From positions 53,726 to 117,725 of the forward strand of contig CAVRPD010000001.1 of assembly GCA_963723075.1 (NCBI GenBank): a DNA stretch of 64,000 bases, given 5' to 3'. This stretch comes from an uncultured Solirubrobacterales bacterium. Lineage in GTDB: Bacteria; Actinomycetota; Thermoleophilia; Solirubrobacterales; Solirubrobacteraceae. The notes beneath the pieces are model-generated. The model saw only the letters and a program-made list of their open reading frames with translations. It did no database searches and was not told where the DNA came from. The position numbers and the translations under genes are program-made. This document shows, piece by piece, positions 53,922 to 61,923 of the stretch (position 1 is its first letter; each line of letters opens with the position of its first letter).

Positions 53922-54782
53922 GTGAGGCCGGCAAGCGTGTTTCGGCTACCACAGCGTCTCGGTATGGACGGCGTGACACGCAGACGGGGAGGCGTGATCG
54001 AGCGGTTGCTGCACGACGAGCACGGCGAGCCCGTTGTCGTGCGAGTAGCGCAGACTGCGCCCGACGCGGTGCTGTTCGGCGCGTGCGCAGCGAGCCGACG
54101 GAGCGCCGAGCACGGGATCGCGCGCATGCGCTTCGCACTGGGCGTCGACGACGATCTGCGCGCGTTCTGCAAGCGTCATGCGGGAGATCCGCTGATCGGC
54201 GCCTCGCTGCGGCGCCGGCCGTGGCTGCGGGTGGGCCGCAGGCCCGAGCCGTTCGAGGCGCTTGTGTGGGCCGTGTGTGAGCAGCTGATTGAGTACGAGC
54301 GAGCGGCCGCGATCCAGAGCCGGCTGGTGAGGCGCTGCGGGCGGCGCTGGAGCAGCGCGGACGCCGCGAGCTGGGCAGCGGGGCTGCGCGACCTGCCGAC
54401 GGCGGTGACGCTCGCTGGGATGGCGCCGGCGCTGCTCGAGTCGTGCGACCTTGCGGGCGCGCGCGCTCTCGCGCTGAGAAAGGCGGCGGGTGAGGTCGCC
54501 TGCGGACGGATCGACCTGCACGGGGTGGAGCACGAGCGTGGATGGAAGCGGCTGCGCGCGATTCCCGGGATCGGAGCGTGGACGGTCGAGATACTGGCGC
54601 TGCGCGGGCAGGGCCGCTACGACCAACTGCCGGCCGGAGACATCGGGCTGCTGAAGCTCGCCGGGCGCGTTCTCAGTGGCGGCGATCCCCGCGCGCGCGC
54701 AAGCAAAGACGAAGTGCGAGAGCTGTTCGCGCCCTACGGCGAGTGGGCGGGACTGGCCGCGGTGCACGCCGCCGGCCTGTAG
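53922..54782 (+). CDS. AlkA-like DNA-3-methyladenine glycosylase II (HhH-GPD with N-terminal domain)
   Basis: 'EALVWAVCEQLIEYERAAAIQSRL', 'IPGIGAWTVEILALRG' (HhH) and 'LPAGDIGLLK'. The GTG at 53922 was chosen for its GGGAGG spacing. Start uncertain. Confidence 0.8.
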   Translation: MRPASVFRLPQRLGMDGVTRRRGGVIERLLHDEHGEPVVVRVAQTAPDAVLFGACAASRRSAEHGIARMRFALGVDDDLRAFCKRHAGDPLIGASLRRRPWLRVGRRPEPFEALVWAVCEQLIEYERAAAIQSRLVRRCGRRWSSADAASWAAGLRDLPTAVTLAGMAPALLESCDLAGARALALRKAAGEVACGRIDLHGVEHERGWKRLRAIPGIGAWTVEILALRGQGRYDQLPAGDIGLLKLAGRVLSGGDPRARASKDEVRELFAPYGEWAGLAAVHAAGL

Positions 54783-54847
54783 TGCTTCACCACTCGACAA
54801 GCCTGCGGTGACAACTGAAGCTTTGGCTCGGGCGAGTTGGCCTGCCT

Positions 54848-55021
54848 CTATGGCCCCATGGTCTCGTCGAAGTGGCGAATGAACGCTGCGAGGCAGCCCG
54901 CGAACACGATGATCGCTGCCGTCCACAAGGGTGCGCCGAGGACGAGTGCGCCTGCAATCACGGCATCGAGCAGCAGCCACATGACGAGGTCGTAGCGGTC
55001 AAAGATGTCGAAGCCGGTCAC
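54848..55021 (-). CDS. Small two-helix membrane protein (57 aa)
   Basis: Own translation: VTGFDIFDRYDLVMWLLLDAVIAGALVLGAPLWTAAIIVFAGCLAAFIRHFDETMGP. The GTG overlaps the upstream stop (GTGA). It is below the ORF-track length cutoff. Confidence 0.4.
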   Translation of the reverse strand: MTGFDIFDRYDLVMWLLLDAVIAGALVLGAPLWTAAIIVFAGCLAAFIRHFDETMGP

Positions 55022-55365
55022 GTGATAACCCTATCAATGAAGACAAAGAGCGTCGGTGGGCCGAGAAGCATCCCGACCAGTAGGCCCTGTCCAAGTCCAC
55101 GGTTGATCCGTCGCACCAGCGAGTCGGACCGGCTCGGGATGAACAGCGCCACGGTCGCCGGCAGTCCCGAGAAGAGCACGGTGGCACCCCCCAAGACGCC
55201 TGTCCAAGCGAGCAGGCCGTTGACGGCGGCTGTCCCCAGAGAAGGGTTGGTCTCGCAGAGGATGCGAATTGTGGCGCTTGCGTTCACGGCCGACAAAACT
55301 ACGCATCGCTTGAGACGGGAGGGGTGACTTGGCCTCCCTGCGACCGCGAAACGCCTGCAAATCAC
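55018..55365 (-). CDS. Small membrane protein of unknown function
   Basis: 115-aa ORF with 2-3 hydrophobic helices ('AAVNGLLAWTGVLGGATVLFSGLPATVALFI', 'LLVGMLLGPPTLFVFI'). It starts 27 nt after the ferredoxin stop on the same strand. Start uncertain. Confidence 0.45.
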   Translation of the reverse strand: MICRRFAVAGRPSHPSRLKRCVVLSAVNASATIRILCETNPSLGTAAVNGLLAWTGVLGGATVLFSGLPATVALFIPSRSDSLVRRINRGLGQGLLVGMLLGPPTLFVFIDRVIT

Positions 55366-55392
55366 CCACCGAACTGGCAGGCCCGGAAGCGG

Positions 55393-55614
55393 TCAGGGAA
55401 AGCGAATAGGGGTCCGGTCGCGTTCGAGCAGCAGCGCGAACGTGGGGCAGGCCAGGGCCGCACGCCGGGCGTGGTCGACCAGGGCGTCCGGCACGGGGCG
55501 GCCGTCGATTACGGGATAGCCCCACTCGTCGAGTGAGATGTGCTCCGGCAGCAGCTCGGCGCACATGCCGTGCGCCTCGCAGGCGATCGGGTTCACGCGC
55601 AGGCGGTGGCTCAT
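55393..55614 (-). CDS. Small single-cluster ferredoxin (CxxHxxC...CP type)
   Basis: MSHRLRVNPIACEAHGMCAELLPEHISLDEWGYPVI...ALACPTFAL. The ATG overlaps the stop of the NuoF-like gene (ATGA). Confidence 0.8.
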   Translation of the reverse strand: MSHRLRVNPIACEAHGMCAELLPEHISLDEWGYPVIDGRPVPDALVDHARRAALACPTFALLLERDRTPIRFP

Positions 55615-57032
55615 GGGAGGCGCCGTCCTGTTCGTGGGACTCCGGCCGGACGACCGACGCCGGTGGCGCGAGGGGATTCGGCTCCGGCCCGCAGAGGCAG
55701 CGGCAGCTCGCTGGGCCGCTCGCAGGCCTCGCAGTGTCCGTGCCGGGCGTGATCGGCGAGCTCCGCGGCGAACGTCTCGACCGCGCTGAGCACGAACTTG
55801 ACGGCGCCGTCGGGATGGCGGCAGGCGCCGCGACCCCGCGCGAGCGAGGCAAGTTGGGCGATGCGCTCCGTGGCCCCGGCCTGGGCGACGCCGCCCGCGA
55901 GCTCCTGAACGGTGGCGGCGATCGTGTCGAGGCCGTGCACGCACGGGCCGCACTGCCCGGCGCTCTCCTCCGCGAGCCAGCGCGCCGCGCGGGCGGTCTC
56001 GGCGACCGGGCAGGCGTGCTCGGACAGCAGCAGCACCACACCGGCGCCCAGCGAGGCGCCGTATGGAGCCAGATGTTCGTTCGACAGTGAAAGATCCTCC
56101 AAGTGCTCTCGGCCGATCCATGTGCCGCCGTAGCCACCGAGCAGCGCGGCGCGCACACGCGCGGTCGTATCTCCGCCGGCTTCGATCAGCGAGGCGAGCG
56201 AGGCGCCGTGCTCGATCTCATACACCCCCGGGTAGGCCACCGTGCCCGTGAGGGTCACGAGCGCGGAGCCGGGCTGGGAGGGCGTGCCGAGCCGGCGAAA
56301 CCAGTCGGCGCCGTGACGCGCGATCAAAGCGATGTGCGCGAGCGTCTCGACGTTGTCGACGAGCGTCGGCCTGCGCCCGACCCCGGCTTCGAACGGCAGC
56401 GGCGGGGTGAACGTCGGTTTGGCGGCGCCGCCGTTCAGCCGGCTGACGAGCGCCGACTCCTGACCTGCGACATAGCCCGCGGGAACGGTGCTCAGATGCA
56501 CGCGCGGCGAACGATCGGAGGACGTTGGCGCTGCGGACCGTTCCTCGATCGCGCACGCGAGGCTCTCATAGCTCGCGAACGCCGACTCGCACACGCACAG
56601 GATCAGCTCCTCTGCGCCGACGGCCTGCGCGGCGAGGACGCCACCATCGAGCACCAGATGAGGCGCTGTCTCCAGCAGCGTGCGGTCCTTGAGGCTCGCG
56701 GGCTCCCCCTCGGCCCCGTTGGCCACCACGACAGCTCGACGACCGCGTTCGGTGACCGCGCGCATCTTCCTGGCGGTCGGGAACGCCGCACCACCGCGAC
56801 CGAGCAGGCCGGCGCGCTCGACCTCCTCGATCAACGCGCTTGCGCCCTCGCGCCGGCGCCGCCGTCGGCGCTCGTGTGCGGAGGGGGGCGGTCCGTGCGC
56901 TTCGAGATGGGCGGCGAGCCCCAGCGGGCCGTCGTGCGCCTGGACGCCCAGCAGCAGGCGCGGCAGCGCGGGCACGGCGCGCTCCTGAGCGATCCTCGGG
57001 GGCTCGATCGTCCTCGACGGCGCCTCGCTCAT
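55611..57032 (-). CDS. NuoF-like (Complex I 51-kDa family) NAD(P)H dehydrogenase/Fe-S protein
   Basis: Starts at MSEAPSRTIEPP within ORF 55611..57614. It has 'GLLGRGGAAFPTARKM', 'VVANGAEGEPASLKDR', 'GYVAGQESAL' and 'SAGQCGPCVHG'. Confidence 0.85.
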   Translation of the reverse strand: MSEAPSRTIEPPRIAQERAVPALPRLLLGVQAHDGPLGLAAHLEAHGPPPSAHERRRRRRREGASALIEEVERAGLLGRGGAAFPTARKMRAVTERGRRAVVVANGAEGEPASLKDRTLLETAPHLVLDGGVLAAQAVGAEELILCVCESAFASYESLACAIEERSAAPTSSDRSPRVHLSTVPAGYVAGQESALVSRLNGGAAKPTFTPPLPFEAGVGRRPTLVDNVETLAHIALIARHGADWFRRLGTPSQPGSALVTLTGTVAYPGVYEIEHGASLASLIEAGGDTTARVRAALLGGYGGTWIGREHLEDLSLSNEHLAPYGASLGAGVVLLLSEHACPVAETARAARWLAEESAGQCGPCVHGLDTIAATVQELAGGVAQAGATERIAQLASLARGRGACRHPDGAVKFVLSAVETFAAELADHARHGHCEACERPSELPLPLRAGAESPRATGVGRPAGVPRTGRRLP

Positions 57033-57751
57033 CGCCGGCTCCCGCTCTTGACGGCTGTCTTTGAGCGGGCGAGCAGCGCGGTGGGCGTGCCCGAGCGACG
57101 CGCCCATTCCGACCCGAGCGGACCACTGGGGAGCCACAGCAGCAGGAACACGGCGAACAGCCCCGTGCCGCCGACGGCAGCACCGCGCAGCCGCGCGCGC
57201 TTGGGACCTGGTCCGGTCAGCACCCGCGCGAGCGTCGCGGCCGCCACGATCGCCACGCAGGCGAGGCTGAGCGCAAGCAACCACGCGCTTTGCACGTCGC
57301 TGCCCGTGCCCAGCCCGTGCAGCAGCGCGATCGGCCAGCTCGCGTACGTGAGCCAGTGGATCGCACGCCAGCTCGTGTAGCCGATGCGCTGGCGCAGCAG
57401 GCTCGTGATCGTCACCGCCAGCAGCAGATCGAACGCGAGCGCTCCCAGCCCGAGCCAGAAAGGACGGTAGGAGCCGACAAACGGCACGAACGCGTCGATC
57501 AGCGGGATCGACGCGAAGCTGTCGAGCACCGAGGTGAGGATGTGCAGGACAAGGAAGGCCATCGCCAGCAGCGAGACGTTGCGGTGCAGCGAGTCCACCA
57601 CGAAACGCGGCCATCGCGGGGTGCTCCAGCGTTTGACGTCCACCACGCCGAGGGCGATCGCGAGCGTCAGCAGCAACAGCGCCATCGCTCCGGTCGAGCG
57701 CGTCAGATACCAGTAGGCGCTCCCCCCGGCGGCTGTCGCCAAGGGCGTCAT
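57029..57751 (-). CDS. Ferric-reductase-type (FRD/NOX-like) bis-heme transmembrane protein with no fused FAD/NAD domain
   Basis: MTPLATAAGGSAYWYLTRSTGAM..., about 6 TM helices. It has His pairs H-x13-H ('HRNVSLLAMAFLVLH') and H-x12-H ('HWLTYASWPIALLH'). ATGA overlaps at both ends. Confidence 0.8.
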   Translation of the reverse strand: MTPLATAAGGSAYWYLTRSTGAMALLLLTLAIALGVVDVKRWSTPRWPRFVVDSLHRNVSLLAMAFLVLHILTSVLDSFASIPLIDAFVPFVGSYRPFWLGLGALAFDLLLAVTITSLLRQRIGYTSWRAIHWLTYASWPIALLHGLGTGSDVQSAWLLALSLACVAIVAAATLARVLTGPGPKRARLRGAAVGGTGLFAVFLLLWLPSGPLGSEWARRSGTPTALLARSKTAVKSGSRR

Positions 57752-58770
57752 TGCGCGGGCCAGCCTCCCACCGTGGTCACGTTTCCGCCACGGTCGAGCA
57801 GCCGCGCCGGCAGGCCCAGCTGCTCGAGCCACGGGGCCGCCCTGCGCGAGCGTACGAGCGCGGCGGTCGTCGCGATGTTCGCGTCCGCACAGCACGCCGC
57901 CGCGACGCTCACCGTGCGCCAGACGGTCCCCACGGGCGCCTGGCTCACGGGATCGATGATGTGGTGCATCGTCCGGCCGCCGTGGCTCCAGCGCCGCACC
58001 GCCGTGCTCGAGGTCGCCAGGCCGCCGGAGGCGATCGAGACGGTCTGCCCCGGCGCCGAAGGATCGCCGCGGCAGTCGTCGGTGACCCGTATCCGCCAGC
58101 CGCCGGCGGGCGCCTCACCGCAGGTGGCGATGTCGCCGCCGATCGAGACCAGCACTCCGCAGCCGCTCGCTCGCGCGGCGCGCTCGGCCGCACGATCGGC
58201 GGCCCAGGCTTTGGCGCTCGCCCCGAGGTCGAGCCGGATCGGGCTCGGCACGCGCACGGTCGATCGTACGTGGTCGAGAACCACCGAGCGCCAGCCGCTG
58301 ATCGCGCGCGCCGCGATCGCTGCACGGTGCCCAGGCTCGCCGCGCCGGGCGGGCTCGCCGTGCGACTCGAGGGTGCCATGGCGTTCGTACGTGGCGTACG
58401 GCGGGGGCTCACCGTGTGGCGGGGCCAGGAGCAGCCGATCGCGATCGTACCCGGCAAGCTCCAGCGCCCGGCCGAGCGTCGGATCGACGTCGCCGTCCGT
58501 GAGCTCGGCTCCGCGCAGGGCCACCGTGAGCGCCTCCACCAGCAGCGGGCTGATCCGGACCGGGCGGCCGCCTGCTCGGTTCACTCGCGAGAGCTCGGAG
58601 TCCGCGCGAAAGCGGCTGCACGCGCGGTCGATCGCGTCCAACTCGTGCTCGACCGTCGCGCGCGCGATCTCGAGCGCGTCAGGGTCGGCCAAACGCAGCA
58701 CGACGCTCGTGCCCAGCGCCTCCCACCTCGCGGTGTCAGGCTTCGCTGTGATTCCCGATGCTTCCCTCAT
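57748..58770 (-). CDS. apbE: FAD:protein FMN transferase (ApbE family), no signal peptide evident
   Basis: 340 aa with 'RFRADSELSRVN', 'DVDPTLG' and 'VLVSIGGDIATCG'. An in-frame stop lies immediately upstream of the ATG. Confidence 0.85.
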   Translation of the reverse strand: MREASGITAKPDTARWEALGTSVVLRLADPDALEIARATVEHELDAIDRACSRFRADSELSRVNRAGGRPVRISPLLVEALTVALRGAELTDGDVDPTLGRALELAGYDRDRLLLAPPHGEPPPYATYERHGTLESHGEPARRGEPGHRAAIAARAISGWRSVVLDHVRSTVRVPSPIRLDLGASAKAWAADRAAERAARASGCGVLVSIGGDIATCGEAPAGGWRIRVTDDCRGDPSAPGQTVSIASGGLATSSTAVRRWSHGGRTMHHIIDPVSQAPVGTVWRTVSVAAACCADANIATTAALVRSRRAAPWLEQLGLPARLLDRGGNVTTVGGWPAQ

Positions 58771-58777
58771 CTAACTC

Positions 58778-59437
58778 TCACGATCCACCGGAGACGACCG
58801 GGGCGGAGGCTTCCTGGGAGGGAGCCGTTTCGGATTCTTTGGCCTGTGAGGATTCCTGTGCGGCTGCCGCTTCTTTGGTTCGCGCGGCTTCCTGTGCGGC
58901 TGCCGCTTCTTTGGTTCGCGCGGCTTCCTGTGCGGCCGTGGCTTCTTTGGTTCGCGCGGCTTCCTGTGCGGCCGTGGCTTCTTTGGTTCGCGCGGCTTCC
59001 TGTGCGGCCGTGGCTTCTTTGGTTCGCGCGGCTTCCTGTGCGGCCGCGGCTTCTTTGGCCGCACTTGATTCCTGCGCCGATGTCGATTCCTTGGCCGTTG
59101 TCGATTCTTTGGCTGTGGTCGATTCCGAAGCGGTCCGCGGGGCCTCGGCAGGGGAGTGCAGCGCTTTGGTCGTGGACGAGTGGTCGGTCGAGGAGGAGGC
59201 GCCTGTGCGCCCACTCGCCTGCCCGCGCGCGCTTTTCGCCTTGGCCGCCGTTGCCGAACCGCTCTTCACAACGGTCTTACCGGGAAAAGCGTGCGCCGCG
59301 ACATCGGTCAGCACGCCGGTTGCGAGGACGCTCCCCGCAATCACTATTCGATTGACACGGCTGAGCCTGTGCAGGGCGGCGTCGCGAGCCCTGGTTGTGT
59401 GACTGCTGGCACTCGTCGGTTTACGCTTGCGTGTCAT
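58778..59437 (-). CDS. Membrane-anchored low-complexity protein with 12-aa tandem repeats (QEAARTKEA[T/A]AA)
   Basis: Basic N-terminus, one TM helix ('IVIAGSVLATGVLTDVAAHAF'), then a Ser/Thr/Ala/Lys/Glu-rich tail containing 5 near-identical repeats. First gene of the ApbE operon. Confidence 0.6.
   Translation of the reverse strand: MTRKRKPTSASSHTTRARDAALHRLSRVNRIVIAGSVLATGVLTDVAAHAFPGKTVVKSGSATAAKAKSARGQASGRTGASSSTDHSSTTKALHSPAEAPRTASESTTAKESTTAKESTSAQESSAAKEAAAAQEAARTKEATAAQEAARTKEATAAQEAARTKEATAAQEAARTKEAAAAQEAARTKEAAAAQESSQAKESETAPSQEASAPVVSGGS
58870..59049. repeat. 5 x 36-bp head-to-tail tandem repeat (coding, in frame)
   Basis: The unit cttctttggttcgcgcggcttcctgtgcggc(c/t)g(c/t)(c/g)g is repeated at 58870, 58906, 58942, 58978 and 59014. 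Degenerate copies flank it. Confidence 0.9.
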
Positions 59438-59538
59438 GCCAAGAGTTTGTGCAGTGTGGCTAAGGATCGGATAACCGCTTGGTGAGAAAGCTCATCGAAA
59501 ATCCGCGCCTAGAAGATCGTGCGCTTATCCTTTGGCCG

Positions 59539-60315
59539 ATGAGCTCGGCTTTGGACCCCGGCCGCGAACAGGGGGGACGAGGGCGGAGCGGATCGCCGCC
59601 GGTCGCCGTGCACAGGGACGCCGACCTGGCGGGCAAGTCCGCCCGCGTGCTCCTGATCGAGGACGAGCCCGGGATCGTCGACTTCGTCAAACGGGGCTTG
59701 GAAGCGGAGGGCTTCGCGGTCGAGGCGGCGCTTGACGGGGTCGAGGGTGAGCGGCTCGCGCTGCGGGAGGACTTCGACGGGATCGTGCTCGACCTGATGC
59801 TTCCGGGCCGCTCCGGCCTGCAGATCCTCGCCGCCGTGCGCCGCGCCAAGCCGAGCGTGCCCGTGATCGTGCTGACCGCGCGCGGCGAGATCGAGGATCG
59901 CGTCGCGGGACTGGACGCGGGCGCCGTCGACTATCTCGTCAAGCCCTTCTCCCTGGCCGAGCTGCTCGCGCGTGTGCGCGCACAGCTGCGCGTCCTCGCG
60001 GAGGCCTCCTCGAGCGTCCTCACCGCCGAGGGGATCGAAGCGAACCTGATCACACGCAAGGTGCGACGCGGTAAACGGATGATCCAGCTATCGACGACGG
60101 AGTTCGAGCTGCTGGTCTACCTGATGCGCCACGACGGGCAGGCGCTCTCACGCGAGCAGATCCTCGGCGCCGTATGGGGCTACGAGCACGATCCGGCGAC
60201 GAACGTGGTGGACGTCTACGTCGGCTACCTGCGTCGCAAGCTCGCCGGTCCCGAGGAGCCGGCGCCGATCCACACGGTGCGCGCCGTCGGCTATCGCCTC
60301 GGCGGCAAGGCCTAG
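59539..60315 (+). CDS. OmpR/PhoB-family response regulator
   Basis: 'RVLLIEDEPGIV', 'DGIVLDLMLPG', 'VIVLTARG', 'DYLVKPF' and wHTH 'LSTTEFELLVYLMRH...VDVYVGYLRRKL...IHTVRAVGYRL'. Start uncertain (ATG 59539 or GTG 59608). Confidence 0.88.
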   Translation: MSSALDPGREQGGRGRSGSPPVAVHRDADLAGKSARVLLIEDEPGIVDFVKRGLEAEGFAVEAALDGVEGERLALREDFDGIVLDLMLPGRSGLQILAAVRRAKPSVPVIVLTARGEIEDRVAGLDAGAVDYLVKPFSLAELLARVRAQLRVLAEASSSVLTAEGIEANLITRKVRRGKRMIQLSTTEFELLVYLMRHDGQALSREQILGAVWGYEHDPATNVVDVYVGYLRRKLAGPEEPAPIHTVRAVGYRLGGKA

Positions 60316-60364
60316 TGCCCCGAGCCCTACGGCGATTCATGCCCGTCGGTCGTCTGCCCGAGCG

Positions 60365-61888
60365 ATGAGGCGGCTCCGCGATCGCCCGAGGGCACTCGGG
60401 CTGCGCTGGCGCCTGGCGGGGTGGATAGCCGTCGTGACGTTGATCTGCATCGGGATCGTCTTCGTCGCGGTCTATCGCGGCACCGGCACTCAGCTGCGCG
60501 GGCAGATCGACCGGGAGATCGGCGGCGACGCGCGCGAGCTCGCCCACAACCTCCTCGACAGTCGCGCGCGCACCGCACGAGCGCTCTCCGAGACCGCCGC
60601 CCGGTATGTGCGCGACCAGCCGTTCAGCGCCAGCTCGACGCTGCTGTTCGCGATCGTGCCAGGCGCGCCCACCAGCACGAACCGTCCCGAGCTGCTCTCG
60701 CCCTCGGCCCCCGACAACGGCGAGACGGTCGCCGAGCAAGGCCAGGAGAACCGCCTTTCGGCGCGGATCCTCGCTGCGCCGGAGACCTACTCGACGCTGC
60801 CGCTGCCGGACGTCGGCAATCTGCGCCTGCTCAAGCGCATCGTGCGCGTGGGCGGTGGGCTCAGTGCGACGATCGGGGTGGGGGAGCCGCTCGCCGCCGT
60901 GGCGCACGCCCAGAGCGGGGTGGCCCGTACGTTCGTGCTCGCCGGCGCCCTCGCGCTCGCCGGCGCCCTGCTCGCAGCCTACGTGGTCGGCACCCGTGTG
61001 TCGGGCCCGCTGCGCCGTATGGCCGCCGTCGCCGCCCGCGTCGACGCGGGAGACCTGCACCCACGCATTCACGACGTCCGCGGTCAGGGCGAGGAGGTGA
61101 AGGTCATGGCCGACTCCTTCAACCACATGCTCGACCGCCTCACCGACGCGTTCGCCGGTCAGCGCGCCTTCGTCGCCGATGCCTCGCATGAGCTGCGCAC
61201 GCCGCTGACGGTGATCCGCGGCCAGCTCGAGCTGCTCCTCGCCCAGGAAAGTCCTGCCGATGAGGAGCTGCGCCGCGTCGAGCGTCTCGTGCAGGCCGAG
61301 ATCGCGCGGATGGGGAGGCTCCTCGACGACCTGTTGCTGCTGGCCAAGACCGAGCAGGCTCAATCGCTGCGATTGGAGCCGATCGATCTGCCCACCTACG
61401 TGGGCGAGCTGTGGGACGGCACGAGCCTGCTCGCCCGGCGCCGCTTCGAGCTGGGACCGATCCCGGCGGGCCGGCTGACCGCCGATCCCGATCGATTGGC
61501 GCAGGCGTTGCGCAACCTGATCGCCAACGCGATCGCCCACACCGACCCCGAGCACGGGCTGGTGCGCATGCGTGTCGAGCGGATCGAGCGCCCTGGGCGC
61601 GAGTACCCCTCCGCGGGCGGGGTCGTGGCGAAAACGGGCGTTCGCTTCCTGGTCGAAGACGACGGGCCCGGCATCCCGGTCGATCAGCGCGAGCGGGTCT
61701 TCGACCGTTTTCACCGCACCGACGCCGCCCGCGATCGCGCCTCTGGCGGGGCGGGCTTGGGGCTGGCGATCGTGCGGGCGATAGCTGAGGCTCATGGCGG
61801 TCGCGTGACGGCGGGAGCCTCGGCCGAGGAAGGTGCTCGCATCGCTCTCGAGCTGCCCCGCTTCGCGCCCGCACGCGCGAGCGTCTGA
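60365..61888 (+). CDS. Sensor histidine kinase (TM-sensor-TM-HAMP-HisKA-HATPase)
   Basis: H-box 'SHELRTPLTVIRGQLELL', N-box 'LRNLIANAIAHT', G1 'VEDDGPGI' and G2 'GGAGLGLAIV'. Confidence 0.9.
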   Translation: MRRLRDRPRALGLRWRLAGWIAVVTLICIGIVFVAVYRGTGTQLRGQIDREIGGDARELAHNLLDSRARTARALSETAARYVRDQPFSASSTLLFAIVPGAPTSTNRPELLSPSAPDNGETVAEQGQENRLSARILAAPETYSTLPLPDVGNLRLLKRIVRVGGGLSATIGVGEPLAAVAHAQSGVARTFVLAGALALAGALLAAYVVGTRVSGPLRRMAAVAARVDAGDLHPRIHDVRGQGEEVKVMADSFNHMLDRLTDAFAGQRAFVADASHELRTPLTVIRGQLELLLAQESPADEELRRVERLVQAEIARMGRLLDDLLLLAKTEQAQSLRLEPIDLPTYVGELWDGTSLLARRRFELGPIPAGRLTADPDRLAQALRNLIANAIAHTDPEHGLVRMRVERIERPGREYPSAGGVVAKTGVRFLVEDDGPGIPVDQRERVFDRFHRTDAARDRASGGAGLGLAIVRAIAEAHGGRVTAGASAEEGARIALELPRFAPARASV

Positions 61889-61923
61889 GTGGTTATCGAC
61901 CGAGCAAGCGCGTGAAGCCGGGC

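Noticed and set aside
54872-55327. 151-aa plus-strand ORF
   Set aside because: It is a hydrophilic Arg/Glu/Cys/Pro-rich translation without structure. The opposite strand encodes two hydrophobic, translationally coupled small membrane proteins.
58850-59130. Possible CRISPR array suggested by regular 36-bp repeats
   Set aside because: The repeats are contiguous with no spacers between them, are in frame within an ORF and have no cas genes nearby. This is a coding minisatellite, not a CRISPR array.
59260-59290. 'KSGSAT' in the repeat protein as an ApbE flavinylation site
   Set aside because: It deviates from the accepted D-x-x-[S/T]-G-A-[S/T] pattern (no Asp, Gly and Ser swapped). It is kept only as a weak pointer inside the main finding, not as a feature.
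57290-59355. Long plus-strand ORFs (57290..58774, 57751..59355, 58758..59402) antisense to the FRD, ApbE and repeat-protein genes
   Set aside because: Their composition is Arg/Pro/Ala-rich. The repeat region also yields periodic peptides on the plus strand (LLWFARLPVRP..., ASLVRAASCAA...). The minus-strand frame fits better because it has a start, a TM anchor and tight spacing to apbE. Residual uncertainty is noted for the repeat protein.
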